Assembly: GCA_034506395.1 (NCBI GenBank)
Contig: JAPDPQ010000002.1
Span: 52,255-116,254 of the forward strand
Direction of reading: 5' to 3'
Length of the DNA: 64,000 bases
From: Candidatus Zhuqueibacterota bacterium
GTDB taxonomy: Bacteria > Zhuqueibacterota > Zhuqueibacteria > Thermofontimicrobiales > Thermofontimicrobiaceae
Shown: positions 38,049 through 47,729 of the stretch, one piece after another
How the letters are laid out: each line of letters opens with the position of its first letter
Position numbering within the stretch: the first letter of the stretch is position 1
Notes under the pieces: generated by a model
Told to the model about the DNA's origin: nothing
Seen by the model: the letters and a program-made list of their open reading frames with translations, nothing else
Databases searched by the model: none
Translations under genes and position numbers: made by a program

Positions 38049-38641
38049 ATTGATAAAATAATCAACTTTTCAATTCGGGGAAAAAGCAGCCTTAAAAAAG
38101 AATAATTCTCGATGAAGATTTCTGCTCAAAAACTTTTCACTCAATTGCAACTGACCCGATTTATTTTTCAAATCATTAAAGAAACAATTTGGCAATCCGA
38201 TTGGACGTTTCAAAAAGTATAAAGGTTGTTTTGAACTGGATTGTCCCATGGCAATAGCAACCGGGATCTGGACAAATCCTTCAATCCAATCAAATGACGA
38301 TTTTCCTGAACTGAGATTTCATTCACCCCAAGCTGGTTCTGAAAACCCAGGATCAGCTTAGCGAGCACTAAGTGAAAGCAACGATCCATGCCCCGAAATA
38401 GAGAACAATTGTCTCCATTGAGGGCAAGTAGTTCACCAGTGACAAAGCTGGTTTGATCATTCAATTGTTCAAAACCGGACGCGAGATAGAATCATGAATT
38501 CAAGATCTCGAACCGTTGCTCAATCTTCATGATGAAACCGAGCAAATCTCATTGAATAAAAATGAGCCGAATATCAATTGAAATCTTTATCAAGAAATGT
38601 TTTTCTCCAGTTGCATCGCATATGGCGATGACTCAACAGTT

Positions 38642-39460
38642 TTATTCCGATAAAGATGCCAAATGCTGTGCAATGGGTATTTGCTGGACCAACTTTCGGT
38701 TTTCGAACAAACACACCGAATCGATGCCGTATTTCAGCGCCAAACGGATCGCCCGATCGAAATCTCGGCCCACATGTTCAGGTCGATGGGCGTCGGAGCT
38801 AATCACAATTGGAACATTGTATTTTTTCAGCAATGCGATGATTTCCTCTGAAGGGTAAATTTCGCCTACGGGCTTATATAATCCTGCTGTGCTAATTTCG
38901 ACAGCTAATCCGTTTTGGGCAAAACATTGTACCAACTCTTCCCACTGATCATGAAAACTTCTGGTTGGTCGATACCCAAAAATTTTCACCAGATCGCAAT
39001 GGGCAACGATATTGAATAATCCTGAGCAAGCTGCATGTTTGAGCAATAGGATATATTGTTCATAAACCTCGTTGACATCCCGCTTTTCCCATTCGGCGAT
39101 CTCAGCCCGATTGTCAAAATTCCATTCGCCGATGAAATGGACCCCGACGATGACGTAATCGAAAGGATATTGGGCGAGCAATTTGCCAATTTGCTGCTCC
39201 TGCTGAGGAAAATAATCAACCTCGGTCCCCAGTCGAATGGGGATTTTGGGGTAGCGGTGACGAATTTGTTCGACATCACGCACATAATCGGGCAGCTCAG
39301 CAAGCGACATGGCCAGTTCAGGCCGCTCTCGATCTTGGAATGGAAAATGGTCGCTGAAGCCCATCTCGGATAATCCAATCGCTTGCGCCTGTTCAACATA
39401 TTCGTGCATCTCTCCAGTAGCATGACCGCACCGTTTGGTGTGAATGTGGTAATCCAACAT
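38642..39460 (-). CDS. PHP-domain phosphoesterase of the histidinol-phosphatase HisJ/HisK family.
   Basis: It has the 'MLDYHIHTKRCGHATGEM…GFSDHFP' metal-binding His motifs of PHP/HIS2-type histidinol phosphatases. The start is set at the internal ATG (39460); the ORF extends to 39511. Confidence 0.75.
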   Translation of the reverse strand: MLDYHIHTKRCGHATGEMHEYVEQAQAIGLSEMGFSDHFPFQDRERPELAMSLAELPDYVRDVEQIRHRYPKIPIRLGTEVDYFPQQEQQIGKLLAQYPFDYVIVGVHFIGEWNFDNRAEIAEWEKRDVNEVYEQYILLLKHAACSGLFNIVAHCDLVKIFGYRPTRSFHDQWEELVQCFAQNGLAVEISTAGLYKPVGEIYPSEEIIALLKKYNVPIVISSDAHRPEHVGRDFDRAIRLALKYGIDSVCLFENRKLVQQIPIAQHLASLSE

Positions 39461-39633
39461 AATATCCTTTTCAGTTTTAAATGATAAAGCGTTAAATCGC
39501 TCTGACGCCACAATTGCGGAAGAAAAAATTAATGACGATTTGCAAAGTTGAGCTTTGGGATTCGAGTTTGTTTATCCAATTTGCTCATTTCAACGTGCTT
39601 CAATTTCACCGTTTTTATCCATGTCAGAGCGAG

Positions 39634-40392
39634 TTAAGATTTGAATTCACCTAAGAAAATCCTATTCCCTTCAATGAAGATGTAATCCCTTCTTCCAGCG
39701 ATCCAAGTGCCGCTATTGGCATAAATGCCAGTTGGATGCAAATATTTGAGCATCGGTTTATGAGTATGCCCAAGAATGATCATTTGATACCTTCCCAACA
39801 ATTTTTCGACTTCTCTTTCGTATTCGATTAAGGTTCCTCGATAGCGCCGTGATGCGGGTGTTTTTGGCTGGAAAATATGATAGCGCTGCAATGCTCGATC
39901 CAACCTGAGATCTATATTACGGTCGAACCACCGTTCGGCCCAGGCAACCAGCCATACTGCTGCTTGACGGATCTTCCAAATTGTCCCCGAATCCCGATCA
40001 AATCGATGGCCATGTTCAATATGAAGATATTGCCCAAAATCCCAGCTCTCGACGATGAAGCGAAACAGGTGTTGCAAATAGCTGAGATCGAAATCATGAT
40101 TACCAAAAATATAGATGATCTCCAGACCTTGGTCAGAGATTTCCTTGAGCTTGGCTAGTATTCGGCGATACACTCGGAGGCAGATCGGCAGATCAAATTT
40201 CCATAGCTCGAACAAGTCACCGTTGATAATCAGCCGTTTTCCTCGTTGGGCTGCCATATCGAGAAAGCGAAGCAGTGGCTGCTCAGCTCTGCTCTGACGA
40301 AAATTATCGGCTCGAGCGCCATCGCCAAGGTGCAAGTCGCTGATCAAAAAAGTGGGCTTGTCGATTTCAAACGGTAACTCCAATTCTTGCAA
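39634..40392 (-). CDS. Calcineurin-like metallophosphoesterase (LpxH/YaeI-like).
   Basis: The motifs are 'FLISDLHLGDG', 'INGDLFE', 'GNHDFD' and 'GHTHKP'. A TTG start is preceded by GGAGGG. Confidence 0.75.
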   Translation of the reverse strand: MQELELPFEIDKPTFLISDLHLGDGARADNFRQSRAEQPLLRFLDMAAQRGKRLIINGDLFELWKFDLPICLRVYRRILAKLKEISDQGLEIIYIFGNHDFDLSYLQHLFRFIVESWDFGQYLHIEHGHRFDRDSGTIWKIRQAAVWLVAWAERWFDRNIDLRLDRALQRYHIFQPKTPASRRYRGTLIEYEREVEKLLGRYQMIILGHTHKPMLKYLHPTGIYANSGTWIAGRRDYIFIEGNRIFLGEFKS

Positions 40393-40583
40393 TTATCATC
40401 CCTCCTGAAGCGATTTTGAATTCAAGACATCAGCAAAATACGCAAAGCCATCATTCTGGATCAATCGAATTTAGTAATAAGAAAACTTATTGCTCTTTAA
40501 AGAAGAGCTATTCTGCGCTTTCCAGTGCTTTGAATTTCGTAAGATTGGAGAGCGCCATTGTCTTATGAATCGCTGCTAATTGC

Positions 40584-41063
40584 CTAATCAGCTCGCATTG
40601 AATCAATATTCGATTTCGTTTGGATGAGTTGGCTCAGGCATCCCTCCAGGTATGCAATTACCAGAGGCAAATTATTTAACAAAAGGCGAAAGCCTTTTTG
40701 GGTCCAACCAGTATACTTTTCGCTTCGGATACATTCCCTCACATCCAACGAACCAATTTGGTTTTTCTCACTTGGTGGTATGATCCGAGCGATCAACTCA
40801 GTGGAGTTGTTTTTCGGTAGTCGACAGAGTTCTTGTTCCGCCGATGATTGTTGGATCGATCCTGCAGATCGGATCGCAACGAGCAATTGCTCGGCCAACT
40901 CATTGCTGAGCGTCACACCCTTTCGCGTATAACCTGCATATTTATCCGAAGTGACGTACTGTCGGATATTAATGTAGCTTTTGCCTTTATATTGGTTCAC
41001 TTCAAACCGCAATTCTGTTGTGCGGCTCAACGGGATTGAATTGAAATTCGTTTGTGACAGCAC
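40584..41063 (-). CDS. Hypothetical protein with two tandem PC4/YdbC-like (transcriptional coactivator p15-like, ssDNA-binding) domains.
   Basis: There is an internal duplication: 'KGKSYINIRQYVTSDKYAGYTRKGVTLSNELAEQLLVAI' aligns with 'IGSLDVRECIRSEKYTGWTQKGFRLLLNNLPLVIAYL'. The pattern (basic-G, …IR.Y…KY.G.T.KG..L) resembles PF02229-like domains. Confidence 0.4.
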   Translation of the reverse strand: MLSQTNFNSIPLSRTTELRFEVNQYKGKSYINIRQYVTSDKYAGYTRKGVTLSNELAEQLLVAIRSAGSIQQSSAEQELCRLPKNNSTELIARIIPPSEKNQIGSLDVRECIRSEKYTGWTQKGFRLLLNNLPLVIAYLEGCLSQLIQTKSNIDSMRAD

Positions 41064-41201
41064 CGCATCTTTTTTATCTGTTGTTGATGTTCAGTATTGT
41101 ACTCATTGTTTAAATTGCTAAAACTTTTTTCATGGTGTACCTCTTTAGAATGCGATTCGAGCTCATTTTTGAATGATTGCAAATTGAGCCAGTCGGCTGC
41201 A

Positions 41202-41855
41202 TTAAAAGGCATATACGATGCCAAAGAGGCCGTGGAAATTGAATAGAAGCAATTGGGACTGGCCCGCAGCGATCGGAATCCAGCAATGAGCTCCAGTGAA
41301 TTTGCCAGAGATAAAAATTGAAAAATCACGCCTTCGGATCAATGTCCTTGCAAGTGCCAGTTGAATATTTGGGCCAGCGATGTAGTAGCCGCTATGGAAT
41401 AAACCATTGGTCTCAGATATTTTCAGGTTTCTCACCGTATTTTCAGGGTGGGCAAGCACTAGCCCCCCTCCGATTTGCCAGTCAAAATTCCGCCGTTTCC
41501 AACTTCGAAGCAATGTAAAAAGATTAAATCCATGGGACACTTCAAACCGTTGGATGTCTTCGTTTTTATTTTTTAAGTCGATTTTCAGATGGATGAACTC
41601 GAACTCCCAGCCATCGGCACCAGCATAGCGGCTCGCTTTCATGGCATAATAGATGGGAGGCTGAAACGAATGGGTCGCAAATCTGGCAGTGACTTTGATA
41701 TCAGAAAAGCCTTTTTGCCGCAAGCATAAGGGCGCTGGAACACAGTAGGCATCGCCTAGCGCAATCGCTAGTTGCCAAGAATGCTGCGCTTCCAATTCGC
41801 TGACCAGCAAGACGCTTGACCAGCACAGCATCAAGAGAATAAAATAGACTTTCAT
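41202..41855 (-). CDS. Hypothetical secreted or outer-membrane protein.
   Basis: The signal peptide is 'MKVYFILLMLCWSSVLLVSELEAQ', taking the internal ATG at 41855. It is rich in aromatic residues with alternating hydrophobicity. I recognise no family. Confidence 0.45.
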   Translation of the reverse strand: MKVYFILLMLCWSSVLLVSELEAQHSWQLAIALGDAYCVPAPLCLRQKGFSDIKVTARFATHSFQPPIYYAMKASRYAGADGWEFEFIHLKIDLKNKNEDIQRFEVSHGFNLFTLLRSWKRRNFDWQIGGGLVLAHPENTVRNLKISETNGLFHSGYYIAGPNIQLALARTLIRRRDFSIFISGKFTGAHCWIPIAAGQSQLLLFNFHGLFGIVYAF

Positions 41856-42111
41856 ATAGAAATCTATATGAATGGCTTCGAAAATATTCAATCATTTTAT
41901 GATCGACGGAGCACCTTGTTGAACGGCTTCAATATAAAAATATCTGTTGACATTTTCAAATATTTTCTTTTAATTTTGATTCAAACAAAACTCTTGCTTG
42001 ATATTAAGCTTTTAATTAATGAACGAACAGATAAATCGCTCGGCTCGCTCGCGCTGAAAAACTGAGGAATAGGGGTATTTTGAAGGGAATTTAGGTCCTC
42101 AATTCAGAGAA

Positions 42112-43518
42112 ATGAAAATGAAAAAAACGTTCAAAATATTTATTTCAGTCTTCCTGGTCATCCTTCTGCTTGCTGTTTGGTACTTTGGCAGGAATTTTCT
42201 TCATATCGCTTACATTGGGGCAGGATATAAAGCAAAGCTACTCTGTTCCAGCGTGTTTGTCGCCGATCGTGATCCAGTTGATGTGTTGCGCGAAGAGCTT
42301 TCAGATCCGAGATTAAAAATCATTCAGCATCAGATTGATTTTGAGACCAAGCGAGTGATAGCCACAGCGCCACTGGGTCTGGTGAAACGAACCGCGTATT
42401 ATCGACCAGGTCTGGGCGCAACTTTGGACTTATCCCCAAAGGATTTGAGTTTGACTTTGCCTGAGGCGCAACCGCCAGAGGCCTATTGGTCCACGCATTG
42501 GCCTCAGGGAGATTTGGTAGATTTGAGCCATCTACCAAAGGAAATTGATCGAGCACTAATGGATCAGGCGATCAGTGATGCGTTCGCGGAACCTGATTCC
42601 CAGCACTTGCGTCGGACTCGGGCATTGATAGTTGTATATCAGGGGCAAATTATCGCCGAGCGGTATGCAGAGGGATTCACCCCAAGGACCCGAATGCTGG
42701 GCTGGTCCATGACCAAAAGCGTGATGAACGCATTGATCGGAATATTGGTCGGCCAGGGGAAGCTGTCCATTGAGCAGTTCGCTCTGGTGCCGGAATGGCA
42801 ATCTGCTGACGATCCCCGGCGCGCTATTCAATTAGATCATCTGCTTCACATGACCAGTGGTTTGGAGTTTGACGAACGATATAGCAGCCTCTTCTCCGAC
42901 GTGGTGATGATGTTATATCGCGAAAAGGATGTGTCGAAATTTGCCATCAATAAGCCAGTCATTCATGCACCAGGGAGCTATTGGGACTATTCCAGCGGAA
43001 CGACCAATATCCTTTCCCGCATCATTCGTCAGACCTTCGCTGGAGATGATCGGGCTTACCTGGAATTTCCAGCAAAAATGCTTTTTCATCGAATCGGGAT
43101 GTACAGTGCCCTGATCGAGCCAGATGCCGCTGGAAATCTTGTTGGGTCTTCCTACATGTATGCGACGGCTCGGGATTGGGCACGATTCGGTTTGCTCTAT
43201 CTGCAAGATGGAATTTGGGAGGGGCAGCGCATCTTACCGGAGGGCTGGGTGCAATACTCGGTGAAGCCGCTGGAATTGGCTCCGAATGGAAAGTACGGCG
43301 CGCATTGGTGGGTGGGACATCATTGTCTGCCCATTTACGACCCCACTTTAGCCGCCTCTCTTCCTCAGGATCTTTTCTCAGCCAGAGGGCATAACGATCA
43401 GTATGTTACCATCATCCCGTCGAAACAGTTGGTCATTGTGCGGCTGGGATATACTGAGCAAAATAACGTTTGGAACCAGGCGGAATTGGTAGCGCGGATT
43501 TTAAAGGCGATTCGCTAA
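42112..43518 (+). CDS. Serine hydrolase with a beta-lactamase/transpeptidase-like fold (class-C beta-lactamase/esterase/6-aminohexanoate-dimer-hydrolase family).
   Basis: It has an N-terminal membrane anchor/signal. The S-x-x-K active-site motif is present ('GWSMTKSVMNALIG'), and 'YSSGTTNIL' marks the second conserved region. The length is 468 aa. Confidence 0.8.
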   Translation: MKMKKTFKIFISVFLVILLLAVWYFGRNFLHIAYIGAGYKAKLLCSSVFVADRDPVDVLREELSDPRLKIIQHQIDFETKRVIATAPLGLVKRTAYYRPGLGATLDLSPKDLSLTLPEAQPPEAYWSTHWPQGDLVDLSHLPKEIDRALMDQAISDAFAEPDSQHLRRTRALIVVYQGQIIAERYAEGFTPRTRMLGWSMTKSVMNALIGILVGQGKLSIEQFALVPEWQSADDPRRAIQLDHLLHMTSGLEFDERYSSLFSDVVMMLYREKDVSKFAINKPVIHAPGSYWDYSSGTTNILSRIIRQTFAGDDRAYLEFPAKMLFHRIGMYSALIEPDAAGNLVGSSYMYATARDWARFGLLYLQDGIWEGQRILPEGWVQYSVKPLELAPNGKYGAHWWVGHHCLPIYDPTLAASLPQDLFSARGHNDQYVTIIPSKQLVIVRLGYTEQNNVWNQAELVARILKAIR

Positions 43519-43779
43519 ATGCTCCCCTTGCATTGTCCCTTTTCGATTGAGAGCGATTAGAGGGTCTGAATTCATGCCATATAATCAGTTTTTCTTCGGC
43601 TGCCTCATTTAAATGAAACGATCAACTTCATTTGGGAAAAAATGAGAAAACCCAAGCTCCGTCAAAGCATTTCGGAGCTCGGGCAATATGACACTCAGCT
43701 CAACTGAATTTTCTCAGAATGGTTGAGACTGAACAAGCTTTTTCACTTGAAAAATCCGTTGATTGACTATCAGACTCCG

Positions 43780-45150
43780 CTAAAACTGCTTTAACAAATT
43801 TATCATTTGTTCCAGGGTGACGTTGGTTTGTTCGCCCGAGTTCATATTTTTGAGTGAAATCAGATTGTTCTGGATCTCCTCCGGCCCTAGGACCACCACG
43901 AACGGAATACCCTTCCGATTGGCATACTTGAATTGCTTTTTTAAACCGCCAGCTTCGAAAAATATTTCAGTGTTGATGCCGGCAGCTCGTAACTGCCGGG
44001 CAATAGCCAGACTGGCCTTTTTTGTGTTCTCATCGAATATCGTTACCAGGACCTGAGTTCTGGTGCGTGACTCGGGGAACATATTCAGCTCGGTCATGAC
44101 ATCGATGATGCGCTCGATGCCAATGGTGGTTCCTGTTGCTGGGATATCGGTCCCGAGAAACATCCCAACCAACTGATCATAGCGACCGCCGCCCGTCAGA
44201 GAGCCAATGCTCGGTTGTTCTACCACAGATTCATAGATCGGACCAGTGTAATAAGTCAGTCCCCGCGCCAAATACAGATCGATGGCATAATTTTCTGATG
44301 GGATGCCTAAATCTGCTATATATCCGATCAGTTCATTAAGCTCATTGATCCCCTCCAGGCCAATAGCGGAATCTTTCAAAAATGTGGTTATATCGCTCAA
44401 TACATTTTTGGCTGGTCCTGTGATTTCTAAAATGGGCAGAATCTTATTGATGGCCGATAGGGAAATATCGCGCTCCTGCAACTCTTGCCGGACTCCATCA
44501 ATCCCGATTTTTTCCAACTTATCAATGGCGATGCAAACTTCATTACCGCGCACCGCTTCTACGCCAGCATATTCCACAATCCCGGATAATATCTTGCGAT
44601 TATTGATCCTAATTTTGAATTTGTTGAAACCCAAAGTTGTTAGGATCTCATGGATCAATGCGATGGTTTCGGCATCAGCCAACATCGAGGAGCTGCCGAC
44701 GGTATCGGCATCGCATTGATAGAACTCGCGATATCGTCCCTTTTGCGGCTTATCGCCCCGCCAAACCGGCTGCATCTGATACCGTTTGAACGGAAGGGTA
44801 ATTTCGTTCTGATACATAGCCACCACGCGACATAGCGGCACAGTTAGGTCGTAGCGCAACGCCTCTTCAACAATATCAGAAAGCCGTGAAATGGTAAATT
44901 GAGTGATCGATCGACCCACTTTCTCTATTCCTGTGCCACGTTTGAGCACCTTAAAGATCAATTGTTCACCCTCTTCACCATATTTTCCTGAAAGGACCTC
45001 CAGCGTTTCAATTGAAGGCGTTTCAAGCGGCTCATAACCATATTTTTCGAAGATGGATCGAATGGTATTCATGACTAACTGACGCCGTAGCATCTGTTCT
45101 GGCAGAAAATCCCGAGTCCCTTTTGGTAGGCTGGGTTTAATAATCTCCAT
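43780..45150 (-). CDS. hisS: Histidine--tRNA ligase.
   Basis: The class-II aaRS motifs and HisRS-specific segments are present: 'LPKGTRDFLP', 'RYDLTVPLCRVVAMY' and 'FKRYQMQPVWRGDKPQKGRYREFYQCDADTVG'. An anticodon-binding domain follows. The start is set at the internal ATG of 'MEIIKPSLPKG'. Confidence 0.9.
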   Translation of the reverse strand: MEIIKPSLPKGTRDFLPEQMLRRQLVMNTIRSIFEKYGYEPLETPSIETLEVLSGKYGEEGEQLIFKVLKRGTGIEKVGRSITQFTISRLSDIVEEALRYDLTVPLCRVVAMYQNEITLPFKRYQMQPVWRGDKPQKGRYREFYQCDADTVGSSSMLADAETIALIHEILTTLGFNKFKIRINNRKILSGIVEYAGVEAVRGNEVCIAIDKLEKIGIDGVRQELQERDISLSAINKILPILEITGPAKNVLSDITTFLKDSAIGLEGINELNELIGYIADLGIPSENYAIDLYLARGLTYYTGPIYESVVEQPSIGSLTGGGRYDQLVGMFLGTDIPATGTTIGIERIIDVMTELNMFPESRTRTQVLVTIFDENTKKASLAIARQLRAAGINTEIFFEAGGLKKQFKYANRKGIPFVVVLGPEEIQNNLISLKNMNSGEQTNVTLEQMINLLKQF

Positions 45151-45585
45151 TACTCGTCGCTCCACATCTAAGAAAATAAGATTCATCCGATGACGATTGC
45201 ATTGCGCCTATTCAGTCCAAAAGCTTTGCTGATTCTTTCACGGAGATTCACGGATAATTGAAACTTCAGAAAAATGAAAATCAAAATAGCCCTGTTAATA
45301 GGGCCAAAGCATTCCAGAATCTACCACCTAATAAATTCCAAAAGTTGGTATTGATCGATGCTTTAGACAAAGATACGCATGTCGATCGTCAGCAGACTTC
45401 CAATTTCAAATTGGCCGAAATATAAGTATTATTGCAAAAGAAGGCAAGCAATTTTTTTGTTAAAACCTATAATCATGCTTGTGTTCGATCCAACTGAATT
45501 TTAGGGAACGGTATGCACCCGATTCAGATAAGCTTAATGATGCAGAATCTTACCGAAAGACTTGGCTTTTTTCCCAAAAAAATGA

Positions 45586-45614
45586 TTGACTCTTGCGGGC
45601 GAAATAAGTAAATT
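45586..45614 (+). promoter_or_regulatory. Putative sigma70-type promoter for the HAL-like gene.
   Basis: TTGACT, then a 17-nt spacer, then TAAATT, located ~50 nt upstream of the GGAGG RBS and the ATG at 45667. Confidence 0.3.
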
Positions 45615-45666
45615 GAGCGATAAAAATAAGAGATGGAACAGCTAAAATTTTAATATTGGAGGAGCA

Positions 45667-47196
45667 ATGGCGATTGAGGTCACAGGAAAAGATCTGACGA
45701 TTGAGGATGTTTATCGCGTGGCTTATCAGCAGGAACAAGTGAAGCTCCATCCGGGCGCACTGGAGCGGATTCAGCGCTGCCGGGGCTTTATTGAAAAAAA
45801 AATTACGGATGGGGAGATCATGTATGGAGTGAATACTGGGATTGGCGAGCTGTGCAATGTCATTTTGAATGAGGAACAGATTCAGCAATTTCAAAAATAT
45901 TTGATCTACAATCATTCGGCTGGAATTGGGGAGCCGGTTCCGATCCCTGAGGTGCGTGCAGCGATGCTGAGCCGCATCAATGTCCATGCAAAAGGATTTT
46001 CCGGTTGTCGTCCTGAGATCACTTTGACTTACGTTGAAATGTTGAATAAAGGAGTGACCCCAGTGGTTTGTCAAAAAGGGAGTGTTGGGGCATGCGGAGA
46101 TCTTTCGCCGATGAGCCAGATGGCGTTGCTGCTCATGGGAGAAGGGGAGGCTTTCTATCAAGGGGAGCGCTTGCCAGGGGGTGTTGCGATGGAGCGCGCC
46201 GGAATTCCAATCCCCGGTTTAAAGGCCCGAGATGGTTTAGCAGCAATTAATGGGAGCAATTTGATCACTGGCATGGGCTGTTTGCAGATTTACGAGGCGG
46301 AGCGGCTCTTGAAGCAAGCAGAAATCGCCGCAGCCATGACGCTGGAAGCCCTTTTGGCGAATATGAAGCCGTACGATCCGCGCTTGCATCGGCTCCGAGG
46401 ATTTCCTGGCGCAATTACATCCGCCGAAAATCTTCAGAAGATCATCGCTGGATCTGATCTCTTAACGGGAAAAATGAAAGTGAAAGTGCAGGATGCGTAT
46501 AGCATGAGGTCGACGCCCCAGGTGATCGGTGCAGCGCGGGATCAGTTGCGCTGGACTCGCCAGCAGTTTGAAATCGAACTCAATGGCGTAGCCGATAATC
46601 CGATCTTCCTGCCCAATGATGGAATCGTGTTAACTGGAGCCAATTTTCAGGGCTCGCCGATAAGTGTGCCGCTGGATATGCTCGGGGCTTGTATTACCAT
46701 GGTCTGTGTCATTTCCGAACGTCGGCTGAACCGGTTACTCCACCCAGCGCTTAGCGTTGGATTGCCCGCGTTCCTCACTAAAGGCGCAGGGATGTTTTCG
46801 GGACACATGCTGAGCCAGTATACTGCAGATATGCTGATCGTCGAGCAGCGCATCCTCTCCATGCCCGCCTCGATCCAATCAATTCCGGCGGCTGCAGATC
46901 AGGAGGATTTCGTCAGCATGGGGATGAATACGGCGCTAAAGACCAAACAGATTATCGAAAATGCCTATGGCATTTTGGGTATTGAGTTCATTGCCGCGGC
47001 GCAGGCGCTGGATTTCAGGGATTTTCAACCAGGCAAGGGGACGCGGGCGGCTCACGCTGCGGTCCGAAAAATTGTCGACCATCTCGACGAGGACCGGCCC
47101 CTGTATCCTGATCACAATAATATGATGCAAGCTGTGAAACAGCGAAAAATTCTCGAAGCTGTCGAAGCTGAGATCGGCGAGCTGAAAACGTATTGA
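45667..47196 (+). CDS. hutH: Aromatic amino-acid ammonia-lyase family protein (MIO-dependent), histidine ammonia-lyase-like.
   Basis: GGAGG lies 6 nt upstream. The sequence aligns along its full length with HAL ('YGVNTGIGEL', 'GSVGACGDLSPMSQMALLLMGEGEA', 'QDAYSMR'). The MIO-forming tripeptide reads Ala-Cys-Gly here rather than the usual Ala-Ser-Gly. Confidence 0.8.
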   Translation: MAIEVTGKDLTIEDVYRVAYQQEQVKLHPGALERIQRCRGFIEKKITDGEIMYGVNTGIGELCNVILNEEQIQQFQKYLIYNHSAGIGEPVPIPEVRAAMLSRINVHAKGFSGCRPEITLTYVEMLNKGVTPVVCQKGSVGACGDLSPMSQMALLLMGEGEAFYQGERLPGGVAMERAGIPIPGLKARDGLAAINGSNLITGMGCLQIYEAERLLKQAEIAAAMTLEALLANMKPYDPRLHRLRGFPGAITSAENLQKIIAGSDLLTGKMKVKVQDAYSMRSTPQVIGAARDQLRWTRQQFEIELNGVADNPIFLPNDGIVLTGANFQGSPISVPLDMLGACITMVCVISERRLNRLLHPALSVGLPAFLTKGAGMFSGHMLSQYTADMLIVEQRILSMPASIQSIPAAADQEDFVSMGMNTALKTKQIIENAYGILGIEFIAAAQALDFRDFQPGKGTRAAHAAVRKIVDHLDEDRPLYPDHNNMMQAVKQRKILEAVEAEIGELKTY

Positions 47197-47224
47197 TCGA
47201 TTTATTACTCCAGCGGATGATAGG

Positions 47225-47263
47225 ACAGCCGCGGATGAGTGGATCTGCGGCTGTTTTGTTTTC
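47225..47263 (+). terminator. Rho-independent terminator after the HAL-like gene.
   Basis: 'ACAGCCGC' – loop 'GGATGAGTGGATCT' – 'GCGGCTGT', followed by 'TTTGTTTTC'. Confidence 0.55.
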
Positions 47264-47377
47264 TGTAGGGGATGTTAGGCGTGGATCGAGTGAGATCGAA
47301 AATGATTGAAATTTAGCCAAAAAGGCAAATCCACGTTCGGGAAAATTGGTCTCGTCCCTCGCGCTCTGCATGATCCT

Positions 47378-47716
47378 TCATTTCTGATCGATATCAGACC
47401 AATTAAACGGCATTATGTTAACCTCAATCTTGAGTTTCTTCTCAACCATTGCTTTCAGTTGATCTGGTCTCTGGATCAGCAAAATTTTGGTCGCTTTAGA
47501 TTGCTGTTTGATCCATCGTTCGATTCGCAGGACAACCCCAATTGAATCGTCCAAATGCCAACATTGAGCGATTCGTATCGGTCTAAAACTTCGCGTATAG
47601 CTGGATTTGGCAGTCCCATTGCGATGTTCGGCATATCGCCGGGCCAAATTTTTAGTATAGCCAGTATAATAGCTGCCATTATCGCATTCCAAAACATAGA
47701 GGAAGTACCCAGGCAT
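47378..47716 (-). CDS. GIY-YIG nuclease-domain protein (UPF0213/YhbQ-like).
   Basis: The GIY-YIG motif is present ('GYFLYVLECDNGSYYTGYTKNLARRYAEHRNG…'). The internal ATG at 47716 is taken as the start. Confidence 0.7.
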   Translation of the reverse strand: MPGYFLYVLECDNGSYYTGYTKNLARRYAEHRNGTAKSSYTRSFRPIRIAQCWHLDDSIGVVLRIERWIKQQSKATKILLIQRPDQLKAMVEKKLKIEVNIMPFNWSDIDQK

Positions 47717-47729
47717 GGTCAGATTCGAA

